Below are positions 13,401 through 27,039 of a stretch of 64,000 bases of DNA, one piece after another. Position 1 is the first letter of the stretch. The number at the start of each line of letters is the position of its first letter. The DNA lies in NCBI GenBank assembly GCA_951406725.2, contig OX597814.1, positions 107,074,001 through 107,138,000 of the forward strand, given 5' to 3'. The notes under the pieces are model-generated. The model was given only the letters and a program-made list of their open reading frames with translations, was not told the DNA's origin and searched no databases. Source of the DNA: Octopus vulgaris (taxonomy: Eukaryota). The position numbers and the translations under genes are program-made.

Positions 13401-16400
13401 AGCATTTAAGTTAATGATGACAAAAAATGATGCTGACAACATTTAAATTGATGATAATGAAGTTGAGATAGAGGACAATGTAATCTTGACTGAAGATGCC
13501 AATTTCAGGGCTGACAATGACAAATTGGAGGTAGGACAAATCTGCAGGGGAACTACAGTATACAAGTCAGGACATTACCTAATGCTAAATGTGCAGTGGC
13601 TGCCTTTATTACATATATGGAAATAACCATGAATTTTCACAATGTCTTCCAAATTATATACTTAAGATTGTGAAAGAAACCCTGTGTATGTGTATGTACT
13701 TCAACATTGTTGATCACATCACATCTAATATACAACAATATCCCAACGCATCTCACCCCCACCTATTACTGGGAATGATTAAATGGCCTAAAATTAAACA
13801 AACCAGGTCATAAAAGACTATCTAAGCAAAACCTCTCAGCTACTCAATGGAACATAGATTAACATAGCTGCAGCATTGTACAGATCAGGGGTTGGCAATA
13901 GATAGCCAATCTATTATTTCTTTATTGCCCACAAGGGGCTAAACATAGAGGGGACAAACAAAGACAGACAAACGGATCAAGTCGATTATATCGACCCCAG
14001 TGTGTAACTAGTACTTATTTAATCGACCCTGAAAGGATGAAAGGCAAAGTTGACCTCGGCAGAATTTCGACTTTGCCTTTCATCCTTTCGGGGTCGATTA
14101 AATAAGTACCAGTTACACACTGGGGTCGATGTAATCGACTTTATCTATTGCCAATCGACTGTGGCTCATAAGTGGGCCCCTGAAGTGTTCTGTGTTGGTC
14201 TCAGACTGTCTCTAAAAATGTTTCAAATTTGCCACAGTCCATTGGCAACAGATGAGCTATCTATGGCCAAGCCCTGATCTGTACAATACTACAGCTATTT
14301 GCAGGGCTTAACTCTGTCTCATGACCTCTATTTGCAGTCAGCTGGATTGGACCTTTGACCGTTAAATAAAATATCTTTATTACAGTTACAATGGCATGCA
14401 AGTGATCAAGTGACTCCCTCATCCAGTGAAGACTGGCCAGCTGTAGCTTTCTCACAGGCTGCAAGAGTTAGTAAAATCTGTAACGCATCAGTTTCCATAG
14501 TGTTCAGTAGATAAGAGAGAAAACAATACAAAACCAGCTCAGAACACCGCACCACATGGCAATATCACACCAAACACACATATGCACACACACACACAGC
14601 CACATTTATCCATACATTCACACACACACACACAGCCATGCACACACAGAGCCCTACTCTACTCACACATCAACACACTGCCAGCTTTAATCAGGTCTTA
14701 TCACAGACAAAAGCCATTTCTACCTGGAATAACCTTTACAACATTCTTTTGTGAAAACAAAACAACCCAGCACCATTCTTAAGACAAGAATCCAGTGAGA
14801 AGTTAATGGGGGAAGAGGGTCCCACAGTTTGAAGGGCCCAGTGTTAATCTATGTCTGCAGCTTGCTGCTAAGAACGAACAGAGACACTCTGTTAATTATG
14901 ATGATCCAATCAACGTGACAGCTCACTCTGTGAAATTAATGTACAAGTGGCTGAGCGCTCCACAGACATGTGTGCCCTTAATGTAGTTCTCATGGGGATT
15001 CAGCATGACACAGAATGTGACATGGCCGGCCCTTTTGAAATACAGGTAAAACTCATTTTTGCCAGCTGAGTGGAGTGGAGCAATGTGAAATAAAGTGTCT
15101 TGCTCAAGGACACACTACACCACCAGGAATTGAACTCGTGGCCTTATAATCATGAGTCAAATACCCTAACACACTAAGCCATGCACCTTCATAAATAAAA
15201 TCCTGAGTAAATGCTAAGTCTCACAATCTCAGACAATCCTTCGCGGTGAACCCCTACTCTGCCCCCCACACACACACGCACATATCTCCTCTATTGCAAG
15301 ACACCTATTCCCATCCTGCAATCAAATTCCCATCCGAGTTCGACTTTGCTTTTCATCCTTTCGGGGTTGATAAATCAAGTACCAGTTGAATACTAGGATC
15401 CATCTAATCGACAGGCCGCCCCACTCTCCCCAAAAATTTCGGGCTTTGTGCCTAGAATAGAAAAGAATATTTTAACCTCTCAACGCCTGGCACAAAGTCG
15501 ACTCCTCGTCTTTACTACAGTCCCACTCAGTTAAAGTGTCTTGGTCAGGCAAGTTACTTGGCAACGTCACCAGTGCCGGTGGTGGCACAAATAAGCACCC
15601 AGTGCACTCTGTGGTATGGTTGACATTTAGGAAGAACACTCGGCCAGAGGAACCATGCCAAAGTAGACAGTGTAGCTTGGCCCAGTCTTCTGGCTCACCA
15701 AGTTCAAATTCCGCTGAGGTCGACCATTAATGTCAAGTTTGAATACTTTCGGCGTGCGGGAAATCACACGAAAAGGTCCTTTATAAGGAGAAATAAGAGG
15801 TCATTTGACAGAATCATCACGAACAAAAACATGTGTCCAAGAATCAAGATCTGATGGCACATTAGAAGGAGAATTTTGGTGTCGGGGACCCATAGGAGGA
15901 AGGGCAGAAAAATATCTGCGTAGTCGAGCAACATAAGACTCTAAATTAAGAGACTGTGACTTGTCTGGCACCAACATCGTACCAGGCAATGCCAGTGTGG
16001 TACCATACAAGAGCTCAGCAGAAGAAAAACCAAGGTCTGCTTTAATCGCAGTCCGACATCCAAGCAGGACGATAGGAAGAAATTCAGTCCACGACTGGAT
16101 TCGGCAAGGCACGCAACGCGGCCTTAAGTTGCCTGTGGAAACGCTCCACCATCCCATTTGAAGCGGGATGGTAACTAGTGGTGCGTACATGATGCATCCC
16201 CAGGATTCGTGATAACTCACAAAATAAAACAGCTTCGAATTGTCGACCACGATCTGTGGTTAAACTGGACGGTACACCGAACCTAAAAATCCAGTTAGAC
16301 ATGAAAACTTTCGCAACAGTTTCAGCAGAAATGTCTGCTATAGGAATAGCTTTCGGCCAACGTGAGAAACGATCGATACAAGTTAAAATATATGAGAAAC

Positions 16401-19400
16401 CGCGACTGACAGGCCATGGTCCAACCAAATCAAGGTGGACATGGCGAAAACAGGCCTCAGGAGAAGAAAACTGTCCAAGTGGAGCACGAACGTGTCTATG
16501 GACTTTAGCACTCTGGCACCTCAAACAAGAGCATGCCCAAGAGGTAATTGATCGTCGCATATTGGGCCAGAAGAACCGAGCAGTAACAAGCTTTACTGTG
16601 GCAGAGATACCCGGATGTGACAATGAATGAAGAACATCAAAAACAGAACATTGATGTTTCTCAGGTACTAACGGCCTGGGAGAACCGGTGGAGACGTCAC
16701 AAAGAATAGAGCCTTCTGCTGAAGGGAGCGGACGGTAGGCAAATTTACAATTGATAAACTTGGGCGAAGTTAAATCCAACTCCGCTAAAGGTGGTTGATC
16801 CTGCGAAATAGCAGTTAAGTCAATTGCTGCAGGAGAGGAAATGGAATTGACAGGGAGTCTAGAGAGAGCATCAGCTGGGACGTTCTCCTTCCCTGGCACA
16901 TGTCAAATGTCACTTGTAAACTGAGAAATATAATCCAGGTGATGGAAAGCACGAGGGGAGAGTTTATCCATTTTAGAAGATAGTGCAAACGTAAGGGGCT
17001 TGTGATCAGTATAAATCACAAACTCTCGTCCCTTGAGCTGGTGCTGAAAATGCCGAACTGACAGATAGATCGCTAGTAACTCACGATCAAAAGTACTATA
17101 TCTGCGTTCAGCAGGCTGCAGCTGGCAAGAAAAGAAAGCCAAAGGTTTAGTTTCACCATCTATGGTGTGCTGCAAGACAGCGCCAATTGCAGAATCTGAT
17201 GCGTCCACAGATAAAGTAAGTGGAGCATCAGGAGCCGGATGTGCTAGAACAGGAACTGAAGCTAGTTCCTTTTTAACTAACTCAAAGGCAGACAGTGCTT
17301 CAGCTGAAAGAGTAAGACGGGCGTCTTTTTTAGAATTGCCCTTTAGCATCTGCATTAAAGGAAATGACTTGTCTGCACACCGGTTTATGAAACGTCGATA
17401 GAAATTAACTATACCCAAAAAATGGTGAAGTTGATGCAAAGAAGAAGGTGGTGCGATGCGCTGAATTGCATCGACTTTAGATGAGAGAGGTTTGATTCCA
17501 CTCGAATCAATACAATGACCGAGAAAATCAAGAGATGATTGCCCAAAAACACACTTGTCTGGATTAATGCAAACACCATAGTTGCAAAGACACTGAAAAA
17601 GCTGAGACAAGTGCTGGAGATGATTTTCATGCATATCACTTGCGATGAGGATATCATCGACATAAGCAAAAACAAAATCAAGTCCACGAACAACTTCATC
17701 TATAAAACGTTGGAACGTACTAGTGGCGTTCCACAAACCAAAACTCATGTATAGAAATTCGAAACAACCAAAGAGAGTGGTAATTGCCGTTTTAGGAACA
17801 TCGTCTGGGTTGACCAGTATTTGATGATAAGCACGTATGAGGTCAACCTTAGAAAAATGGTACAGCCATGAAGATTCGCTGAAAAGTCATTCAGATTCCT
17901 AATTGGATATCTGTCAGGAATCGTCACAGAATTTAGACGCTGATAATCTCCCACCGGGCGAAAATCTGTATCCCCTTTTCGAACTAAATGAAGGGGTGAT
18001 GCCCATGGACTGGTGGATGGGCATATCAGACCAAGCTGGAGCATATGCTCAAACTCAGCCCTAGCCGTTTTAAGATGGTCAGGTGCAAGACGCTGTGGGC
18101 ACGAAAAAACAGGCAGCCCAGTAGTTGTAATGAAATGGAGTGTGGAGTGTATGGGTTTTGCCATTTTAAAAGTAATATCGAGTAGCTCTGGAAAAGAAGC
18201 CAAAAGAGAATGAAAAACATCTCCAGATGTAGCAACAAAAAATGTCGGGCTAAGAGCTGAATCGGTAGATTCACTGGTCGGCGTGGAGAGTGTAGTTGAA
18301 CTGTTGACTAGCCTCCGACGTCTGACATCTACCAATAGATCAAAGTTATTTAGAAAATCCACACCTAAAATAGTATGCGGAATGTCAGCAATGACAAAAA
18401 CCCACTGAAAATCTCGACAAAGATTTATGTCACAAGGTGTAAAGAGATCTGACCGAATGTGGCTATTGGTGATGAGTCAATAGCGTGCAAGGTAACATTA
18501 GATCGTTTTGGCCTGTCGGTTGTGAGACGCAGAGGCCAAATGCTGCAACAAGAACCACTGTCCATTAAACGACAGACATTAAACGATGATGATAACATTG
18601 CTAGTACTCTATCAGAAAGACCAAGATCCCTCTGCAAAGCTAAGTAATACTTGACCCTGATCAGCTGCTGACTCCTTACAGAGCTCAAGTGAGGCCCATG
18701 CTGCAATATCGTTCCCATCTTTGAATCAGAGCAGCTGTTGTGTTTACACAGGTAACTTCAACCACATCCAACCAAGTTGTTCAACTGAGAGACAAAGATC
18801 CACGCATCGACACATTACAAACCCTTGTCTCCTCAGGCGTATTGCTTCCCTTCTGTTTCTGCAACAACTTCTACAGATGCTGGCATGGCTGCAAGGTAAA
18901 GAAGCTCCCTTCACAACCGTATGGTTCCGGGTTCAACCCATTCATGGGGGTATTTTGAGCAAGTAGGTTTTACTTTAGCTGTGGATTGACCAATGTTTTG
19001 TGAAGGGAATTTGATAGGGAGAAATTGTATGGAAGCCCATTATGTGTGTGTGTCTCTCTCTCCACTGAGTTACATCCAAATAGCCTCTCCATCCAGGCCA
19101 ACCCACCATCATTTGACTCTTGTCTTTCCATCACTTCATTATGTTGCACAAAACTCTCTACCAGTCCTTCTTCCCCGCCACTGCAACTCTCTTTAATCCT
19201 GACCTAACATTAACCCAGCACAGACCAACTTGCACTGACCTCACCAGTCTGGGGGAACAGGCCAAAGGTTACTGGCACTGCCCCTCTCCCCACTCAGTGA
19301 AGCTTTTGTAAAAGCAGACTTATAGGGACAAGACATTCCAGTTGTAACCATCCTGTCTTTTTTAGTGTATCTAGGACTATACTACCCAATGTGTTCTTCA

Positions 19401-21357
19401 TTAGCCAAGATGATGTGAGGCTGATCAGGCTGTTATTTCTAGTAGGCAGAGCAACCACACTGTAGTTCTTTTATTATCTTATAAAAAAATTTCAGGTGAA
19501 GGAGGTCGAGTACTCCAAGGTAAACTTAGACCAGATAATATGGTTTTCACGTGGCACTTGCTCAATTAACAGTACACCTTCATATTTTTATTACAAAGAA
19601 AGATAAACACACCCACCCGATCACGCACACACACATACAGGGTTTAGATAATTATTCTTGATAAAATCTGATTAATTATTCAACCTGTTTACGTAAGATG
19701 TTTATTAGTCCATAGCTTCAAGCCTGAACAACTACCAACACCTTCCCCCCACACACACACACATACACTCTTGTCTTTGTACTACTTCCATAATTCTGTC
19801 CCACAATTCTTTATATTCTACAGTTCTATATTTAAGAGAGGAGGAATTATGTACATTATTTACATTTGACAGATATTCGTCCTCATCTTGTTTGTTGTTA
19901 ACACAACATTTCGGCTGATATACCTTCCAGCCTTCTTCAGGTGTCTTGGGAAAATTTCCAACCTGGGTTCTCATTCCTAAGGTTTTTTCGATGTTATTAT
20001 TATTAAGATTATATAGGACTGAGGTAACTCCTCCAGAAGTTATAGAGAATTGTTAACTCTCTTCTATTTATTTCTCTATAACATCTGGATGAGTTACCTC
20101 AGTCCCATCATCATCATCATCGTTTAGCATCCGCTTTCCATGCTAGCATGGGTTGGACGGTTCAACTGGGGTCTGGGAAGCCAGAAAGCTGCACCAGGCC
20201 CAGTCTGATCTGGCAATGTTTCTACGGCTGGATGCCCTTCCTAACGCCAAGTCCTATATAATCTTTAAAAAAAATGAAGTAGACTGACATGCAATTTTTG
20301 AACCTGTGGAAGGCACGCTAGATGCCGAAATATCGTTCAACCAATTTCACATGATAACTATGGCACTCTTCTATTTATTTCTTTATTATTATTATTATTA
20401 TCATTTAGGTCACTGCCTGGAATTGAACTCGGAATCTTGGGGTAAACCACTACACCATATTCTCTTTAAACCTTCTTTGAGACCAATCCTGGCTCTGTGA
20501 TACAAACTTCCTTATTGGAATCATAAAACCAAAGGCAATCATCATCATCATTTAGGGTCCACTTTCCATTCTGGCATGGTTTGACTGGAACTGATAAACT
20601 GGAGAACTGCACCAAGCTCCATTTTGGTTTGGTTATTATGGGCTGGATGCCCTTCCTAATGCCAACCACTCTACAGAGTGTACCTGGTGCCTTTTATGTG
20701 CTACTGGCACAGGTGCCTTTAATGCGTTTGATAAATTAAAACCTTGCATCAAACTTTCAGGTGTTGTAGTTTTCTTGTTAGGGGTGGGTGGAACACACAG
20801 GTCAGGGGGGGGAGGTAGTGGATAGCAGTGATACAGTGGCATGGGGCCAAGAGAGCAGGATTGGGTAAGCATAATGCATGAAGTGGAAACGTGAGGAAGA
20901 GATGTAGGTCGGTTTGGTGTGGTAGAGAGTGTGAGAAGCTTTCTTTGTAAAGTGTAGGTGGGACATTCAGTGCTTCTAGAACTAAGTTTCACTGATGTGG
21001 GTGAGTTGGGTCAGTCTTGTCACATTCTGTGCCATGCTGAATCTCTTTCAGAACTATGTTAAGGGCACACATGTCCATGGAGTACTCAGCCACTTGCACA
21101 GTAATTTCACAAGAAATTGCCAGTTTTATAAAATTGTTAGATTTAACCCCCCCCCACACACACACACTTATAATAAAAATGATGGCAGTGACTTCACTGT
21201 TGTTATTGTGTGCAGATGGTACCCATGGGTAATTCCCACCACCACCACCACCACCATGACCGTTAAGAACAACAAAAGGTTATTTCTACTTTTGCTGTTA
21301 AGTGGTTAATGTCAGGAACGCAGCTAAACCACTTGCGACAATAAATCAACCACAGAC

Positions 21358-21401
<44 letters not shown>

Positions 21402-24377
21402 ACACACACACACACGTATGGAGAAACGAATGTAAAACGTGGCACATGGAGAAATGAATGTAGAATGTGGCACAGCAGCTGTAACAGCTACAGTCAACCC
21501 CTCCCACCACGCCCACCCCTCAGCAGTTTGTATTTGCATGTTTATGATTCTGCCAGAGAAATGTTTGAAAGAGAAAGAGAGAGAATGAGTGTGGTGTTAT
21601 ATTTCAATGTTTATGACTGGGCATGTACTACTTGTAGAAACCATTGAGGCAGGCTGGAAATATTTATTATCACAAAAGATAAATCTTATCACTGACATAG
21701 CAAACCACTTTAACTTGATTAATACAGTCACAGGGTGTAAACAAGGGGAGGGGCTAAGCAACACACACACACACACACACACTGCTATTCTCTCTCTCTT
21801 TCGCTCTCTCTCTCTCTCTCTGACTTCAGTTGAGGAGGGTTTGTTTGCTTAAGTTGCATGTTTTAATAAAGACCTTTTTATATAACAATTACTTATAAAC
21901 TTGATGCAAGCACAGCTGTGTGGTAAGAAGCTTACTTCCCAACCACATGGTTCTGGGTTCAGTCCCACTGTGATGCACCTTGGGCAAGTGTTTCCTACTA
22001 TAACCACAGGCTGACCAAAGCCTTGTGGATGGATTTTGTAGACAGAAACTGAAAAGTCTGTCATATATGCGTGTGTCTGAGTAAATATGTATAGAGAAGA
22101 GTAGAGAACAACAAAAACCTTTCTATTTTGTTTTCTATGACCTCGAAAAGGCCTTTGATTCTGTCCCAAGGAAGGTCTTCCGATGCTTCGGCTGCCCCAA
22201 TCAGTTCATTTCCGTTGTACAGAGATTACATGACAGTATGACTGGAACCATCTTCCATCAAAACCGTCTGAAGATTTCCTCATCTCTGGAGGATTAAAAC
22301 AAGGATGCGTTTTGGCCCTGACGCTCTTCTCCCTGAACCTTTCAGCAATGTTTCATTAACTGCTCTTGGACAATCCAGGGGTCAACATTAGGTACCAATA
22401 TGATGGCGGAGGATGTTTCAACTTTGCCAGATTGAAGTCATGAAGACTGACCAGGAAGTAAAAAAGAAATCACTAAACTTCAGTATGCTGATGACAACGC
22501 AGTGCTCTGCCACTCCAGTGGACAGCTTCAAGAATCGGTGAATAACTTCACAAATGCTTACACTTGGTGTGGCCAAAAAGTCAACATCAAAAAGACAAAA
22601 TTCCTGGCACAACCAGTTCTAACTCAAGAAACTCCTGACCTCAACATTACCATTTTAGAGATGCCACTGGAGAAAGTCAACCACTTTTCATACTTAGGAA
22701 GTTTGCTTTTGAACAAGTGCACATCATAAAAGGATGTGGAGAACTGATTAAGAGTGGCTCACACCGCATTTGGTGGGCTCACGAAAAGGGTCTTTAAGAA
22801 CAAAGGTCTGAACCACAAAACAAAATTGTGATCTCCACTCTATGATTATGAAACCTGAACTCTTTACCAAAGCAGCACCAAATAACTAGGGTAATTTTCG
22901 CTCTATTATGAATATTGAATGGAACGACTATGTGACTGATGTCTCCATTTTGGAGAGAACTAAAAGCAGCAGCATCGAGGCTACCACCCTGAAACATCGT
23001 CTGAGATTGGTGGGCCATGTAGGAAAAATGAAAGAAACCAGGCTGACTCATCAAGTTTTATATGGTGAACTTTCCACCAGAAGAAGACTCCAGAGCCATT
23101 CCCTCCCAAAGCCTGGGACATTGAGGCTCAGGACAGGCCCGTCTGGCATCATTCCATCTCCACTGTGACAGACCGTTTTGAAGCTGAACGAGAGAGGAAA
23201 GAGGAAGAGAAATGACAAGGAAAGAAAAATGGAGGCTGCAACAACCAAAGCCTCCACTATGGGTCCCTTGTGAACTTTGCAATAGACGCTTCCATGCAAG
23301 AATCAGCCTCTTTAGTCATCAGAGGGATAGACACAAACAAATGGGAAGAAGCGGCCAAGAAGAAACCAAATAAATTATCGGACACAAGATAAAGTGCCGA
23401 TTATGATGATGTGTGTGTGTGTGCACGCGAGTGTGTGTCCCCCCCCACCACACCTACCACTTGACAACTGGTGTTGGTGTGTTTATGACCCTGTATGGTG
23501 TTAGGAAGGACACCACCCAACCACAGAAACTACCCGAAATGGAAGAAATGAGAGCGGCATGGCTCTCTGACATGTCAAAGAGACCAATAACTCTAAGAAC
23601 TGATTTGGCCTATGATGATTACTCTAACCCATGCCTACATAGAAAATAGATATAAATGATCATGATGGCAATGACAATACATACGTACACACACACACAC
23701 ACACACACATATATATGTATGTATGTATGTATATATAGGAAAATGTGTTGTTGAAAATCTGCATGGAAACACGCCACCCTCTTTTGTTATATATAATATA
23801 AATAGATATATATATATATATGCATATATACATACATATATGCACATACTTACATATATATGGATATACAGGTACAGAATGTCACAAAACATAAACAACA
23901 TGAAATACGAAAATGACATGGATTACAAAATACGAAAACAACATGGAAAATGAAGGCAAACCTGGGTATGAGAACAACGAGAGAAACAAATAGAAAGCAA
24001 GACAAGTAACAACATAAAGAATGACCCTTGATATATATATATTATATTATTATATGATTGAACACCAGGCATCCATTTCCAAGTAAGTTTATATATAATT
24101 GAAACTTATAGGAAAGCAAAAGATGAAGACAGGTGTAGGAACAACAAGCAGGTGTATTAGTTTGATGCTTAGGAAAAATGGAAAAGTCTTTTACGTTTCG
24201 AGCCTAAGCTCTTCAGCAGAAAAGAATAAGAGAAAGTAAACAGAGAGAGAATGAAAAAAACTTGTAGATTTCAGCAGTCCAACATGGCCAATATCTATAT
24301 ATATATACTAGCATTATGACCCGTCTTTGCCGGGCATGTATATATGTGTATATATATGTGTACATATTACATGTACA

Positions 24378-24426
<49 letters not shown>

Positions 24427-24968
24427 CAAAATACAAAGCTATATCTTGATATCGCTAGTGATAACAATACTAAAAATATATAACAGACTGGAATTGTAGG
24501 ACTATTCCATTTTTGCACACTAATTTTATTTTTAATTTATTTTCATTCATGTGAAACCACTTATTCAAGTTCAAGTCATTGATGCAATTTTATACCAATT
24601 GCTATTTTTACTTTTGTAATGTTACGATTATATTATACTTTAGTTTGATTTTAATTATTACTTACTACATATAATTTAATTGTTATTATTATTATCTCTA
24701 ATTTTTATTGTTACAGTGAAAGTATCTGACATAAAATAGAGAAATGTTTTTGTTTCACTTTTAACACGTAATACTGAAATAGTGGAGAAGATATGATATT
24801 GCTATGGGCTCGCCCTAGGCAAGAAGTTGAACTTTTTTTTGCCCATGAAACTACATGGACCCTAAGTAAGGCAGGTGTAAAATTTGAATGAAATTGGTTG
24901 TGTAGTTCTCAAGTTTTAGGGAAACACACAAACAGACAGACATACATTCTCAGTTTTATATATATTGA

Positions 24969-25023
<55 letters not shown>

Positions 25024-25200
25024 ATAAGATCGTTAATTTAAATTAAATAACAATCTTATCAAGTGGTCATCATGGAAATAAAAACCTTCAAAGGTAATAA
25101 TTATTATTAAAATTATAACTTAGGGTGGTTTTAGAGTAGATCATGGCTGCTATTTTCAGCATGGTAGTATCTCGTAGATACCCTAAGTTATAATTTTATT

Positions 25201-25232
<32 letters not shown>

Positions 25233-26850
25233 CGCACATGCTGGTATCACATAAAAATCCCTTGTGCTGATGCCACATATAAAGTTCCTGAGCTGGTGGC
25301 ATGGAAAAAGCATGCTGTACACTGTGTAAAGTGGTTGGCATTAGGAAGGGCCTCCAGGTGTAGAAACCATGCCAAAACAAGCAATTGGAGCCTGGTGCAG
25401 CTCTCTGGCTTGCCAGTTCCATGTCAAACCATTCCACCCATGCCAGCATGGAAAACAGATGTCAAATGATGAGGATATAAATATAAATAGAGTGAATTAC
25501 TGACCAATTGATTGCAGATGCTCCTCGGTGGTGTGGAAGAATGGAAGGATGGTAAACAATCGTTTGGTGCTTAGGGTAGAATATCACCTCTGTTGGAATG
25601 AATTGTGAGCAAAATGGTAAAACATTTAACTCAACATTAAGACTTTTGTATTGTTCAACCACTTCTGGAATTGGAACCTTTTTCTCTTGCCATCTTTTAT
25701 ACTTGAACACTGGGGTGCCATTCTTGTGCGCTTGGGCAGCTGCAAAATCAAATAGAAAGGAAACCAGATTAATGGAATCTTAGCAGAGAAATTATTAATT
25801 AAATAATTTTAAAGTGAATCAGAACCAGATGCTTTCACAGAAGACTGGAAATGATAAACACACACACACACACACCTTCTCAATTTACAACCAGGTTCCA
25901 GTCTGACTGACCAGTCATAAGTCGATCTGGTCGTATGTCAGGTTTATATTTTTCAACATTATTTTCATTCAAACGGGTTATAAAAATATAAAACACAATA
26001 ATTTAATCCATAATTTTTGTACATAAAGTGAAAAATACATAATGTGTATTCTATTGTACTGTAAATATCTGTTGAATATTTGTTCTGGTAGATAACGTTC
26101 TTCAATTAATTTATCAAAACTATCAACAAATTTTGGGGTTCCATCTTCTCCTGTAACACTTCCTGCTTCTCCTGTGACACGTATGTTATGCAAAGCAAAT
26201 CTTTTTTTTTAAATGCATAAACCACCCATTACTAGCCTGAAAAATCTTGTGCATAATCATCTCCTGAGCATGATTTTAAAGTCTGAAACAGACTTCTAGC
26301 CTTTGTTTGCACTGTGAGAAGGCTCAAGGGTGTGTTTTTCTAAATTTAATTTTCCATCCATATGAATAACAATTTCTCTGTTCCACGGAAGGGTTCCTGT
26401 CATTGTTTGGTTAAAACTGTAGACTTTGCAGGTGCAAAACCTTTCACAGCTTCACAAATTATTTCTTTGTCCTTAAGTATCATCATTACAATGGAATGTG
26501 ATAACTTCAAGTCATCTGATACTACATTCACTGTGGGATCATCTTCATTTTACAGTCTAAATCAATAGCCTGCCTCGACCCCTTAGCTGGCGCATCTGTA
26601 CATAAAAGCATTTCCTTTTACCAGTAATTTTAGGGGTATTTCAGATACTATTGCAACTGATGTTTGAAAGCAACTGAGAGTGGCTGGCAGTGGATGCTTG
26701 GGTCTGAGGGAGACCTGTATTGCCAGATGCTGCCACAGTTATCATATGCGCAACTGCCCAATTCCTGAAAACCAATATTTTGTTTATTTATTTTTTATGG
26801 TTGTAAGTGCAGATGGTCATAACTCGCATAGGTCCTAAGTCGAGGAGAAG

Positions 26851-26896
<46 letters not shown>

Positions 26897-27005
26897 CGTT
26901 CCTATTATGTTAAACAGTTGTATGTCCAAATTTGGCCAAATGAGTCTTTTTTTAATATTTACTTTTGCTTGAAAGAGCCAGTTCTTTTAGTCCAGCCTAC
27001 ACCTA

Positions 27006-27039
<34 letters not shown>

